The notes under the pieces were generated by a model that saw only the letters and a list, made by a program, of their open reading frames with translations, searched no databases and was not told the DNA's origin. 64,000 nt of DNA from Phoronis australis. Lineage: Eukaryota; Animalia; Phoronida. Shown piece by piece: positions 31,320 to 43,700 of the stretch. The position numbers and the translations under genes were made by a program. Position 1 is the first letter of the stretch; each line of letters starts with the position of its first letter. The stretch spans positions 919,235-983,234 of the forward strand of contig NMRA01000052.1 of NCBI GenBank assembly GCA_002633005.1, read 5' to 3'.

Positions 31320-31700
31320 GGGCCACTGTAGTAACCGTTTTTGACGGAAATTCACCCCCTCGCCGATAATTTTGTCGGAAAGGCGCCGAAGTTCCGTAGA
31401 GCCTCTTCTATGGGAGTACCCTCGGGACCTTGTATGGTATTGTCACTGTTGGCTTCCTCAGTAGATAAAGACAGTGTTTACCTAAAAAATATAAGGAGAA
31501 TTGACATAGGGCTATGTTTCTATGCTTCAACTTCGTGATATTAATTTTTGTCGATGACAACTGAACCTTTTGTTGACGAACCCCGGGATTCGGATCCAAT
31601 GGACTGCCCATCTCGCCATCTGTGAACGGGCACTGTAAACGAAGATGTTTAGCGGAAATGACTAACTGGGTCAGTAATTTTCAAAATGGCGGCCGGTGCT
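31320..31700 (+). promoter_or_regulatory. CpG-enriched promoter/5' region of LRCH
   Basis: Local CpG enrichment; ETS-like CGGAAAT at ~31653; YY1-type CAAAATGGCGGC overlapping the start codon at 31682-31693. Confidence 0.45.
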
Positions 31701-34700
31701 TGTCGAAGCGGCCACAGTCCTTCTGCACTAAATTGGATAATAGACAGAGTATTTGAAGACGCACAACACACGGGCGAGTTGGATCTGTGTTCTCGGAAGC
31801 TTAAAGATTACCCGAAAATCGCATCAAAATATGATTTATCTGACACTATCCATACGGGTGAGTAACAAATGAGTGAAGGCCACCGACTCCCGAGACCCGA
31901 GCCGAGATTGCTAAAAATTGACAGTTGATGATTTTGACAAGTTCGTTCTTCCTCAGACTTCACTGATACGTCAGCCTGTTTTTTTTTTCAGAGAACATCT
32001 AGGTAATCAAAAGTTATGTATTTGTGTACAGCGAATGTTGTCATTTTCAATCACAATTTACCTTGTTTTGACAAGTGACTGAAGAAGTCTGTGCATTGTC
32101 ATTGTCACTGTCAGCGTCAATTAAACCTTCCTTTATAGGCTTTATAGCACTGCATAACACGACAACCATAAATTCCTTGAATATCCCATAAAACGAGGAA
32201 GCGATTACTTGGACGTTTCTTAGTACCACAGACAAGTGCGATGTATGAACTCACCCGGTGGTCATGTCCATCAACTCAAGTTTCTTCTACAATGCCATAT
32301 CCGCGCTACTCTGATGACCTGACGTCCCGTGGGAAAATGAAAACAACCACAGCGTGCTCAATACTGAGTTGCCACAACCACCACAAACGCAACTCCCCAT
32401 CATTCTTTATTATTACCTTAAACTGGAATATGATCAGTAGTATCTGACTACTTATCAGTCTAAACACAATGGTTCGGAGGATGTTGCGATTGGTTGTCCC
32501 GACTTTACGTTGTATGTGTAGATCAATAAATGTTCATAACTTGAGCTCATCTAATAAACATGTCATCAAATAGTAGTTACATGTGTTCTAATTTGACAGC
32601 TGATTCCCGGTAGGGTTTGTTTTTTTTTTGGTGTTTCTGATATGAAATTCATAGTTTTAATTAAGGGTAACTAAATACCTGCACCTTTTGTTTATCAAAT
32701 ACCAAACCTTTGATTTAGGCATAGAGCTTCTGATATAACTCCGACATTTGCTGTTTAAGTCATCTATACCTTTTTTTGGTTCAACCAATACCAGGAATTG
32801 AACCAGTGACCCCATGAACCAAAGTCTAGCGTCTAAACCGATATGCCAAGGGAAGATCAACATTTTACCTCCTAGTGAGTGATTTAGAGAGGCTTGTATG
32901 GTTGATGATACAGCCACAAGTCATGGGATGCTACACACTTACCTTGTCCGTTATAGCTGATTGAGGCTTAGTGACAGTAACACAATCTGATGAAAGTCAT
33001 TTACTTACATAGAGCTCAATTTGGTGACCTACAGGTTTCCAAACCGTCTTCAGATAAAAACCTCAGGTCACCTACACATCCAAGCATGTACTCAAAATAC
33101 CGCTTATGAGTCATGCATAGGTAAGATGTGACTATCGTCTGCTGCTGCCTCAGGAGCGGAACATGTGCAGGGATTGGGTATGAAAGGGGATATCAAATTT
33201 TACTAGGCATGCCAGACATTCCGAATTCTCCTTGCTGATCTGGACGTATGTCGATTTTTCACTTTGGGCATTTCATTTATTTGATTTCCTGCTCTTGTCA
33301 ACTTTTACGTCGCTTGTAGGGGCCAACCTCCGCACGAAGTTTCATTGTTTTCTTGACCTCATTTCCTGTTTGGCGACTTTGGAATTTAGCTAGATTGCAC
33401 TTGGCGAAGTTATGTTACGCGTCGAGTTATGTTACATCAGTCACTTGCTTTTGTGGTGAAAGATGGACGTCGCTTTCAAAAACAATATGATCACGACGTA
33501 CACACAGGCTATTTCCTGGATGTTGTTGTGTTGTCCATTGAGAGATGGTGACAAATTCGTTGAAACAAAATTTGCTAAAAAATTTGGTTTACCTGGTGAT
33601 GAAGTGAAATTCATTCTGGTAATATTGGTGTGAACGCAGCCTTGCACAAGTTAAATACATGTGGAAACATTTTTAGTACTGTTTTCGCAAGAGGAGGCAG
33701 TGTGGCCTGGTTGATAAGTGCCCGCTTTCTTTACTCGAGGTCGTGGGTTCAAGTCCCACCATGTCACACTGCTAAACCCTTGAGCCAGGTTTCTAGCTCC
33801 TCAGCTCGGTTTTAACCATATATTAATAAAGCATAAAAATATTTCCAGGTGATCAGTGCAATGGGCCCACATGCGAGGCCTGCGCACGTCTGGTGCAACG
33901 TGTATCAGACCGCCTGCAATTATTTTTTTATTTTATTTTTTTCGCCATGTGGCGGAACTACCTGGCTCCATTTTCTGAGGATTGGTGACTGNTGGTTCAT
34001 CCACTACCAGGAATTGAACCAGTGACCCCATGAACCAAAGTCTAGCGTCTAAACCGTTATGCCAAGAGAAGATCAACATTTTACCTCCTAGCGAGTGATT
34101 TAGAGAGGCTTGTATGGTTGATGATACAGCCGCAAGTCATGGGATGCAACACACCTACCTTGTCCGTTATAGCTGATTGAGGCTTAGTGACAGTAACACA
34201 ATCTGATGAAAGTCATTTACTTACATAGAGCTCAATTTGGTGACCTACAGGTTTCCAAACCGTCTTCAGATAAAAATCTCAGGTCACCTACACATCCAAG
34301 CATGTACTCAAAACACCTCTCATGAGTCATGCATAGGTAAGGTGTGACTGTCGTCTGCTGCTGCCTCAGGAGGCGAACATGTGCAGGGATTGGGTATGAA
34401 TGGGGATATTAAATTTTACTAGGCATGCCAGACATTCCCAATTCTCCTTGCTGATCTGGACGTTTGTTGATTTTTCACTTTGGGCATTTCATTTATTTGA
34501 TTTCCTGCTCTTGTCAACGTATACATCGCATCGTGACCTCATTTCCTGTTTGGCGACTTTGGAATTTAGCCAGATTGCACTTGGCGAGTTTACGTTACGC
34601 GTCGAGCTATGTTACATCAGTCACTTGCTTTTGTGGTGAAAGCTGGACGTCGCTTTCAAAACAATATGATCATGACGTACACACAGGCTATTTCCTCGAT

Positions 34701-37700
34701 GTTGTTTGTGTTGTGAGAGATGGTGACAAATTCATTGAAACAAAATTTGCTAAAAAATTTGGTTTACTGGTGATGAAGTGAAATCAATTCTGGTAATATT
34801 GGTGTGAACTCACGTAGCCTTGCACAAGTTAAATACATGTGAAAACATTTTTAGAATGTTACTGTTTTCGCTATGTGGCGGAACTACCTGGCTCCATTTT
34901 CTGAGGATTGGTGACTGACAGAATTTTGTTTCTGCTGGTGTTCCGAGATGACCAGCTTTAACTTTAATCAGACACCGCCATGTCTTTTCAGAGACGTATT
35001 CTTGACTTTCGCCAACTCAGCCTTTGAAACCTCGCTCCAATCTGGAATTCTCTCCAGCATCATCCTGACCAATGTCTCAAATAAGGTGTTCAAACACTTC
35101 AGAGTTTGAACATTGTTGACACATAAACTTTTTTGAGTCATCAGAGTTTCCAGAATTGTTTTAATTTGCCTGTCTAGAACTTCACCTGGAGGAATGATTA
35201 TGTCCTTCATCTGACTGAGAGTCGTTTTTCTTTTTGAGTATATGACACGCTAGAAATAACTCATCTAGCTGTTAAGTATATATATTCTCTGAGGCTTTGC
35301 ACTTCTGCACTAGTGAGATTTAATTATTTTTCGAAAATAATTGCGTGGAGCGTAACACCAAATTTCTGACATTTGTCTTAAGTCACTCACTTGAAAAAGA
35401 CTCCTGTGCTCTGCAATGCTCATAGATTCATTACCCTTGAAAGCATTCATGTCATTTTGCAAATTTTTCATTAATCTTTTATGTTACAGTCTGTCGACAG
35501 TTGTATTTATCATGCATTAATTATAATAGAAAGGCTTGTGTGGACACAACTTTGCATCTATTGTGAGTGCTTCATAAAGTCAGGGAAATCGGTGTTCAAT
35601 AGGTCTGAATTGATTTATCCCAGTGTTATCGTATCACAGTTATGCTCCACATGAACCATATAGCAGGGATCGCTTCCACTAAAACGGTGAAAGTATGGAT
35701 CAAAGCTTTCAGTGTAAATGTTTATGTTCTCGCCTTTAGTTTTGTACCAGCTGGTGAAATCAGATTGTTATTGGAAACTAATACCTGTGACCTTTGCTAT
35801 TGTGTTTCAGGTACTTTTGTTATTCTATCTGACAGCAGAATAGGGCTTATTGGGGTATGCCTTTAATCTCAACCAGTTAATGTGCTGAAGTGAAATTAAT
35901 AAAAGTCTCCCCTGCTACATAGGATCTTTCATACTAACTTAACTCCCATATGAGCAGAGGGTCAATGCAAATTATGAAGTTAGTTGAACCATTTATTCCA
36001 GCTTGGGTAGTTAATAGCATCGAAGTAAACAGTAGGTCACACTGTCATCGTCAAAATAATCGCAAGGTAACACTGATGCATTAGGTGACGTTTGAGGTAG
36101 TCTGAGAATTTTTTTTCTCGTCCCATGGGCTCTTAGATTTCTTTAATGTGACAGCTGGAGAACATTTACCTGTGATTATTGACATAAAACTTTTCTAATT
36201 TGACTTGTGATTATTTGAGAAAAATTTTCGCAAGTGTTAGCGAAGACACTGTCCTTTGATTGTTGATGATAACAGTGGCCCTGGTGATAACTTCAGCTAG
36301 ACTAAAGTTGACCGTTCATACCGCACCACAGCGTCAATGCTTCGCAGATAGCTAGTGCTGTAAACTTTGATCTAGGACCAAAGTTAAGCATTCATACTGA
36401 CCTCAACTCCCCAAAACATGAATGTGTGTGAAAGGGCCTTATGAAATACCCTCGAAACCTTCTCCTAAGTTCAAATTTGAATGCATTTTTGAGACTTGAC
36501 TTAGTATTATTGCGATGGATTCAAACTCCATGGTGCACTGATATATAAAATTGTTGAATCTCTTTGGTATGGTGACTCTCCAGCTTTAAAATAACCTAGC
36601 AAACTTTTATCCACATTCACCACATTTAGATAGCGTTTTTTAATCCATTTACTTGTAAGTTTGTATTGCTTATAAACACAAAAATAGCCATACTTTGTAA
36701 CCACACATTTCTCGTTTTTTCTCATCCCACATTCTAGTGGAAGGTCGTGCATTTTTGTGTCTGTGGTGACCTTGGGCGCAACAGTTCCTCTGCGAAATTT
36801 GAAGCTTGCATCTTCGTAAGGTGATACGCCTAAAAAGCCTTTTGTTGTGACGGTCTCCTCAATCTGATGTGATGAAACTTATTATAAAATTTCGCCAGTT
36901 TTAATTTATGAAAAGGACAGTATTATTGTACATTTCTTAGTGACCAGATTTAAATACGCTTGTTTCTTCAAATTAACAGACACGCCTCCTAATTTTTGGA
37001 AAATTTAATTCTTAACTAAATGTAATTTCATTTTTAATCGATTCTTATTTTCTTTTACACTGAGATAAAGGATGTTACACTTGAATCTGTAGTTTGTTTG
37101 CTTATGGACGGTAAATTGCATATTTTGTTGCCACAGAATGCTGTAAATTCTGAATCTGGAAGAAGTACTATTCAGGTTTGTTTGTGTCGAGGATTTTTGC
37201 GATAAGGAGATATTATTATGATAAGTGTTAAAAGCCTTCATCGTGTGATTGGACTAATAATTTATCACCTGTTTTGTGTTAGCGTTATTTCAGGCAAGTT
37301 TTAATTGACATGTTATAAACAGCCCTTGGATAGTCCATTCATGTTGGCGAGGGCTTTCAAAAAAATTTTTATCTGGGATTAGACTAGTCAAATAAATCCT
37401 CCCATTCAGTTTAAGCTACTTAGTGAGTAAAAAATCTTTGATCTTTAAAAGTATCAGCCAACGCTTAGGTCTGGTCATCTATTTATCACGTGACACAATG
37501 TGGCGGACAAGTATCACAAACAACATTTGGGGAAATTTTCACCAGTTGCATGATGGGAAAAATAGAAAAATGGGAATTTTTGGCCATTATTTTGGGGTGT
37601 AATATGTCAAGAATTACTGTAGATGTTCTTCATCTATTTTAGCTGCCAGGCTAGTTTCATGTTTTCAATTTAGAAAACATTAGTTCCTCTGAATCTGATT

Positions 37701-40700
37701 TAAACTGGCACAGTCGTTCAACTGTTCCACCACCAGTGACCTGGAATTGAGGGACCAGCCTATTCATTATCCTACCTCGCGCTTAACGACTGCTGGTATT
37801 TAAAAAAAACGAGTGCTGGTCGAGATTTTTGTTCTGGATTTTGCAATTTCGAGATGGGAAATGGACCCAAAGTATAAAACTGTTGAGCTGATGTTCGAAC
37901 AATTACCGACCTGGGAAATGCAAAAGGTTGACTATTGAAAAGAGGGAACCTTGGAGATGTGATTTGGAAGGGAGCGTTGCAAAATTTTAGAACAGCGACA
38001 TTTATTTACAAATAGTACGCTTTATGAAAGGTTTCCTATAGTTTCATTCAGAGCTAACTACTTTTCACGGAAATAACGCATGCGCAATAAATAGCAAAAT
38101 CTTGCTGTTCCATCATGTATTCAGTTGTCATTATAGCTATATAAAAGGAATGTAGAGGACCAATTTTATGCTGGCGAATTACACAATACTTCGAACAGAC
38201 GACTATGCAGTCATTGATAACGAAACTTAAGTTTAATTTTGAGTATAGTTTTTCCCTGTTGTACGCAGTTCATGTAATAAAGTCAAGAAGCACCATTGAA
38301 TGAAGCGATTCCATCAATTGGGACGGAATAAGAGTTTTATTTTGTGTTGAAATTTGCGAAGTTAAGCAAAAACTACAAACGAAGTGATAGTAGAGAGTAT
38401 GCGTATGTTGATGAGTTGTTTACTAGAAAGTATGGCAGGGAAATAAACTGTATTCACCCGTTAAAATATTTGGACTTTTCCCGGTGACCCAGGTGACCTA
38501 TTTTCCATACGTAAAAAAATGTGTTATGTGTCTTCACCATGTTGTCAATCAAATCTAAAACCACTGGGTAACCAAGGGTCAGTTTTCTGTTCTTAGAAAG
38601 GAAAAGGAGACCCACTAAGCATGATAATTTTGTTGAAGATAGAACAGAAACTTGCACTATCTTCATAAATCGCCATTATTTCGAACACCAGAAGACAATC
38701 TGGAGTCTGGGGACATCACAGTTCAACACGAACTGGGAGTTTAAACTTAGAAATTGAATCTGAAGCTAATAGAAATTTAAACAATTCCTAGAATTCCTGA
38801 CTTTGACCTGTAATCTTTGGTTGTTGAAACTGTTGACTGGGAATTTTCCCTGTGTTTAAGGCCGACTACCATTTCACTTTTGATTCATGAATGCTTGTAC
38901 CTTTCCTGGGTAACCAGGTGCATCAGCTGGTGGTGGGACCATGCTACTGCACAGACCAATAAAGCCAAATTATCCACCCATCACAGTACTTGAGGTGGGA
39001 AGAATACTCTCCAGAGGTAATTCTACCAATATCACAAAACCAAGAGTACCTGCCCAAGACGATACCTGAAAGGGTAAAATGACTGCCCAACTTGGTGCTG
39101 TGTCCCAACCAGTCCCTCCTCTAGGACTACTCTTGTTACCTTGATAGGTGTTTCGCAGTTTCCAAACTAATTTTTGAAGGTTGTTCCTAAAGGAGCATAC
39201 TACTGTGGTGAATTTTGAAGTAGTTGCTAGTCTGTTGTGCTGTTTTATTGAGATTAGTTTAGTAAGTTAACAGGAAAAAATATTTTCTTAACAGAGTTAT
39301 GTAAAGCAGCTCTTGTAATGCAATATTTGGGTTCACTGTACTGTGCTGAAGTGTGGTGAAGTTCAAGCAGATCTGACACTAAACATGAAGTGTCTGGTTT
39401 ATGTTAGGAAAGAGCCTGTACATCACCAGAATGAACACTGTGGCTAATAGGTACTACTGGTTGAGGCCACTCTAAAATGATTGATGTGAATGATGGGAAA
39501 CAAACTTAAAAAGTTGTGTTCAGGTGAGCATTACCCCTCCTTCCAGGAACAAGGTGAATGAGTCCCAACAATGGTGTGGAGACTGAAGTTTGTTGCAACT
39601 TGACATCTCTGCAACAAGTTAATGCACCTCGTTGATGTTGTGTAACTCGCCTCCCATCAACTTTCCCTGACGAAACTTCTTGTATGGACAGAAAAGGTGT
39701 CATGAATGCACTTTCTTTGGCAATGGTCTGATATAACGTGCCCAAGTTTTGTGAACCAATTTGATGCCCGTTATTCAGTGGAGAAAACTGGTTCTCAAAT
39801 GCCGCGGCGGCGGGCACGTTATATCAGACCATTACCCTTTCTTCTCATCATGTGCTGAGTGACTTGCTTCTTGTCACTGTCTTGGCATTGAACAGATGTC
39901 AGGTTTGTTGTGGGGAGCTCAGCTGATCAAGGACGACTTGCCCATGAGAGAACTTGTGTTGGGGTAGATGGGGGATATAGTTTTAAGTACAATTGAGATA
40001 TTATCTTCATTCCAACTGGACATTTAACTGCAGTTATTACAAGTGATACATGTTGTTTTCCTTCCTGTGAATCGTCTTCAATGGTCATAGGTAGAGTTTT
40101 CGTAATTCAAAGGCGTATTGCCAACACTCGTTAGTACTACAAGGTTTACGTGACCGTTGAATGCAGTAGTAGTTTTCATTGGTTAAAACACTAGCGCTTT
40201 AGCCAGAGATGTCACTCAAAGTGCCTGTATTTAGCAAAAATTAACGTGAAAGCACCTACACTCACAGAAACAAAGGCCTTTGTGCCTATATCCCAGATGT
40301 CTCTCATTTGAAGTAAGCAGTCTGACTGCGAGAAAAAGTGCCCTGTGAAAACCTTAGCAGTTAGGGGGTAACTTAACCGTCTTTAAACTCCAGCGAAAGT
40401 GACAGTAATGTTGTTTTTGCTACTGAGGAAAGAATTTGCAAAACCACTAGCATGTTAGCTGGTTTTTGAAGGGATTTTTGGTGTTTGTGATTTTTACATC
40501 CTCGCCTGGACTGAAAGGTCAGAGAATGGTTGGCATCTTCCCACATTATGAATTGTTATAAATTCAGGGTTTACTCAGTACAGTACCCTCTTGTTGTTAA
40601 TAGAGACAGGTTGATTGCAATTCTATGACTGATTGCACAGGTAAAGCTTCTTTATCTGGTTTCGTCTAATAAAGTACCAGTTTCCTGTTACTGTGATTAA

Positions 40701-43700
40701 ATAACACTTGGAAATGCAATCTCATTGTTTGCTAATAATTTGAAGTCATGCTGGCCTGATGCCTTTAAGCTATGTTTACATGTTTTTATGCATGCAACAC
40801 ATTTCTGAAGCATGTTCTTGGTATAATGCATTTGCCACTGCCCTTAGTTTATATACTTGGGCTATCAATTATTAGTGGTAGTCATATGGTACTGTGCAGG
40901 TTAACGCTCAAGGGGCTCAAGTTGGTAAATTCAATTACCGGTGGGTGGGTGGGTGTTACACTGACTGAGCATGGGCATTTTAAGGTTATGTGGGCTCTTA
41001 TTGATGAGTCTATGTATTTAGCCAAATGTCTGAAGAAACTATGGCTTTTAACACTGTTAAAGAATGTATTTTCTGAAAGTGGAAGGCCTGTATAATTTTA
41101 CACTGAGCATGGGCACTTTAAGGTTATGTGGGCTCTTATTGATGAGTCTCCGTATTTAGCCAAATGTCTGAAGAAACTATAGCTTTTAACCCTGTTAAAG
41201 AATGTATTTTCTGAAAGTGGAAGGCCTGTATAATTTGATTTTTTTACTTTTTACCAGTCGTCCATGAATTGGGTCACGTGTACTTGTCTTTTAATAACGT
41301 TTGTCAAGAAAGAAAGGTACGCTGATAGTAAAATAACGGTGTCAGTTACTCGATAAAAGTTTGTGTTATAAATTTCAAGAACGCGGTTACTGTTTTCTGA
41401 AATATCATTTTGTTATCATTTTGTGCAACATTAGAGTTTTTGCTTGAAAATCGCGTAGGTTTTTTCTGATCATCTTGCAGTCAAATTACTCTCTTGTGGT
41501 GTAATATTAGACTGATTCACAACACCAGAATCCGCACGTTGGACGAAAAAAATCTGTTTCAGTTCCGTCAACTCGTCTCGTCTTGCGAGCGAAATTTGAG
41601 ATTTGAACAATCAGAAGTTTCTTTTGTGTTCTGGCTACACTCAAGAGTTCAGTTTGCCCTATTTGCTTTTCCAATTCCATTAACTTGTATTTGGATATTA
41701 ACACATAAGCATCCCTTGTGGTATTGATCGGGGTCTGCTCTGCTCCCAGTATCTTCTCATTAAATATGATCAGAAAGGAAGTCTGTGGCCTGTCTGTTTA
41801 CACTGAGCTCTGTCTGCACATCATTACCAGTCTGGGAGTCAGCCATCTCTCATGGCTAATTGTGTTCCTGCTTGTAATTGCCTATCCTGTCTGATCATAT
41901 GATTAAGATAATTAAAATGAAGGCAATGATGGAGGTCCAACTTTTGGTGTGTTTGATTAATTAACATAAGCTGCAGAGTTTCTTGTGTTTTTGCACACAA
42001 TCCATTTTTGTCTTAATCAAAAGTTTTTTTCTGATCTGTCCAGGCAGCGAATTTATTCAGAGGTGTTGCTATTTTCTCCTGGTCCTGTACATTCGTCCTG
42101 AAGTGTCAAAATCTATCAGACATTTTGAAAATCAGACGGACAAATTTACCACTGGAGTATGGTGACCAAAGTTTGGCCCAAATTGATCACAGATAGAGAA
42201 AACGCTCAACTTCCAAACGGAGTGGTCCTTTGCCTCAAATCGTCGAGTTTGTGAGAAACATCAGGGCAAAGGTAGTAAATTCTGTCGACACTCTTTCCAA
42301 AATGTCCGTACAAAAGTTGGACATTCTGCAAATAAGTCGGACCCTGCCAGTGACCGACGCTTGACAAAATCTCTGCTTAGTGCTGTAAAATTTCTGAGTT
42401 TGTGAAGATCTGACGGTTCATATTCCTTGACACCATGCTAGAGTGCATGTAATGACACGCCCCTAGCCCCTCGCAAGCCAACTTGTAGGGTCTGGTCTCC
42501 TAAAGTAACGAACTGTCAGTTCTCTTGAAGCCCTTGGTCACCGCTGATTTAATTGAGGAACAAATTGATAGCAATTTCATAAAAATTATTGGTTTAAATA
42601 AGAAGTTGTTTTGTGATAGAAGGCGAGTTTGTATTTGCTTTAAGGTGAAGTCCAACATCAACGTTTAGTAAACATTAATCAGTTAATCATTAATGTCTAT
42701 TCGCTCACAAATTTATCGTTTTACTTGACATGGGTTTTGAAGTGGAAGAAGAAAAGTACATTAGAAACTCCGTGACATGCAGTACTTGAACCAAAACTAC
42801 ATTTGAGAGATGCTGCTGTGGTCTGCGGGAATGAATTATATGTTCTAATCAAAATTTCTGCATGTGATTTTGCTTGAGGTGAAGTGAACAGTGAAGTCAA
42901 CCTGGTCAGAAACATATCAGGTTCATATGTGTAATGCAAAACTGCTCAATGGCTGTCTTATTCAGCAGAGGACTTCATGTTATACTCTTTCTTATTGAGT
43001 AATCAATACACTCTAATGATCAATTTAGTGGTGCCTATTGTCATAACTGACTACTGCAGACCAATTAGTGGTTTTATGTCCTCTTGTTTGTGTGCCTATA
43101 GCTGATGATTAGTGCATCACCAGCTTGATTCTGTTCAGGTTCATTGGAGATCTCTGTTCACTTGCCTGTAGTACTCCAAGCTTATTGAGTGTAATTGGGG
43201 GTTCTTCCTGGGCAAAAGTTCAAACAACATGGTGCAAATTGTGTGTCGTGTTTTTGTGGATTTCCTAATCTTCCTGTCAGCTAGTTCTGAGTAACATCTT
43301 CAGTTTTTCATTGTATTTTCGTTAACTGAACACACCCCTGTCAAGTTACAGCAAAAGAATGACAAAGTAGACATCACTGCAATCATTTGTCTTGCGAAAT
43401 CATGAAAAGTTATGATTTTTGTCAAATAGTGCTCAACATTTTAAATATGGCTCAAACATTGAGCCTCAAAGTTATTCAAACGTGGCTTGTTATTTCCAAA
43501 CGTGGCAGAGTGCAACACCTTGTTCGAACACGTGGAGGGAGAACACTGGTAATGCGTGATAGAAACATGTATCGTTAGTTTATATAAATGTCTTGTACAC
43601 GATGTGCCCCAGTCCTGGAACTTGCTAACCTTCCTGATTTAGGTGCAATGCTCCCACTGTTCTAGGGATTCCAACGACATGAAAAAGCTGTCAGATCTTG

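Noticed and set aside
33020-33060. Second hammerhead-like motif on minus (CTGAAGA..GAAACCTGTAGGTC)
   Set aside because: Stem II is weak and no stem I pairing is possible.
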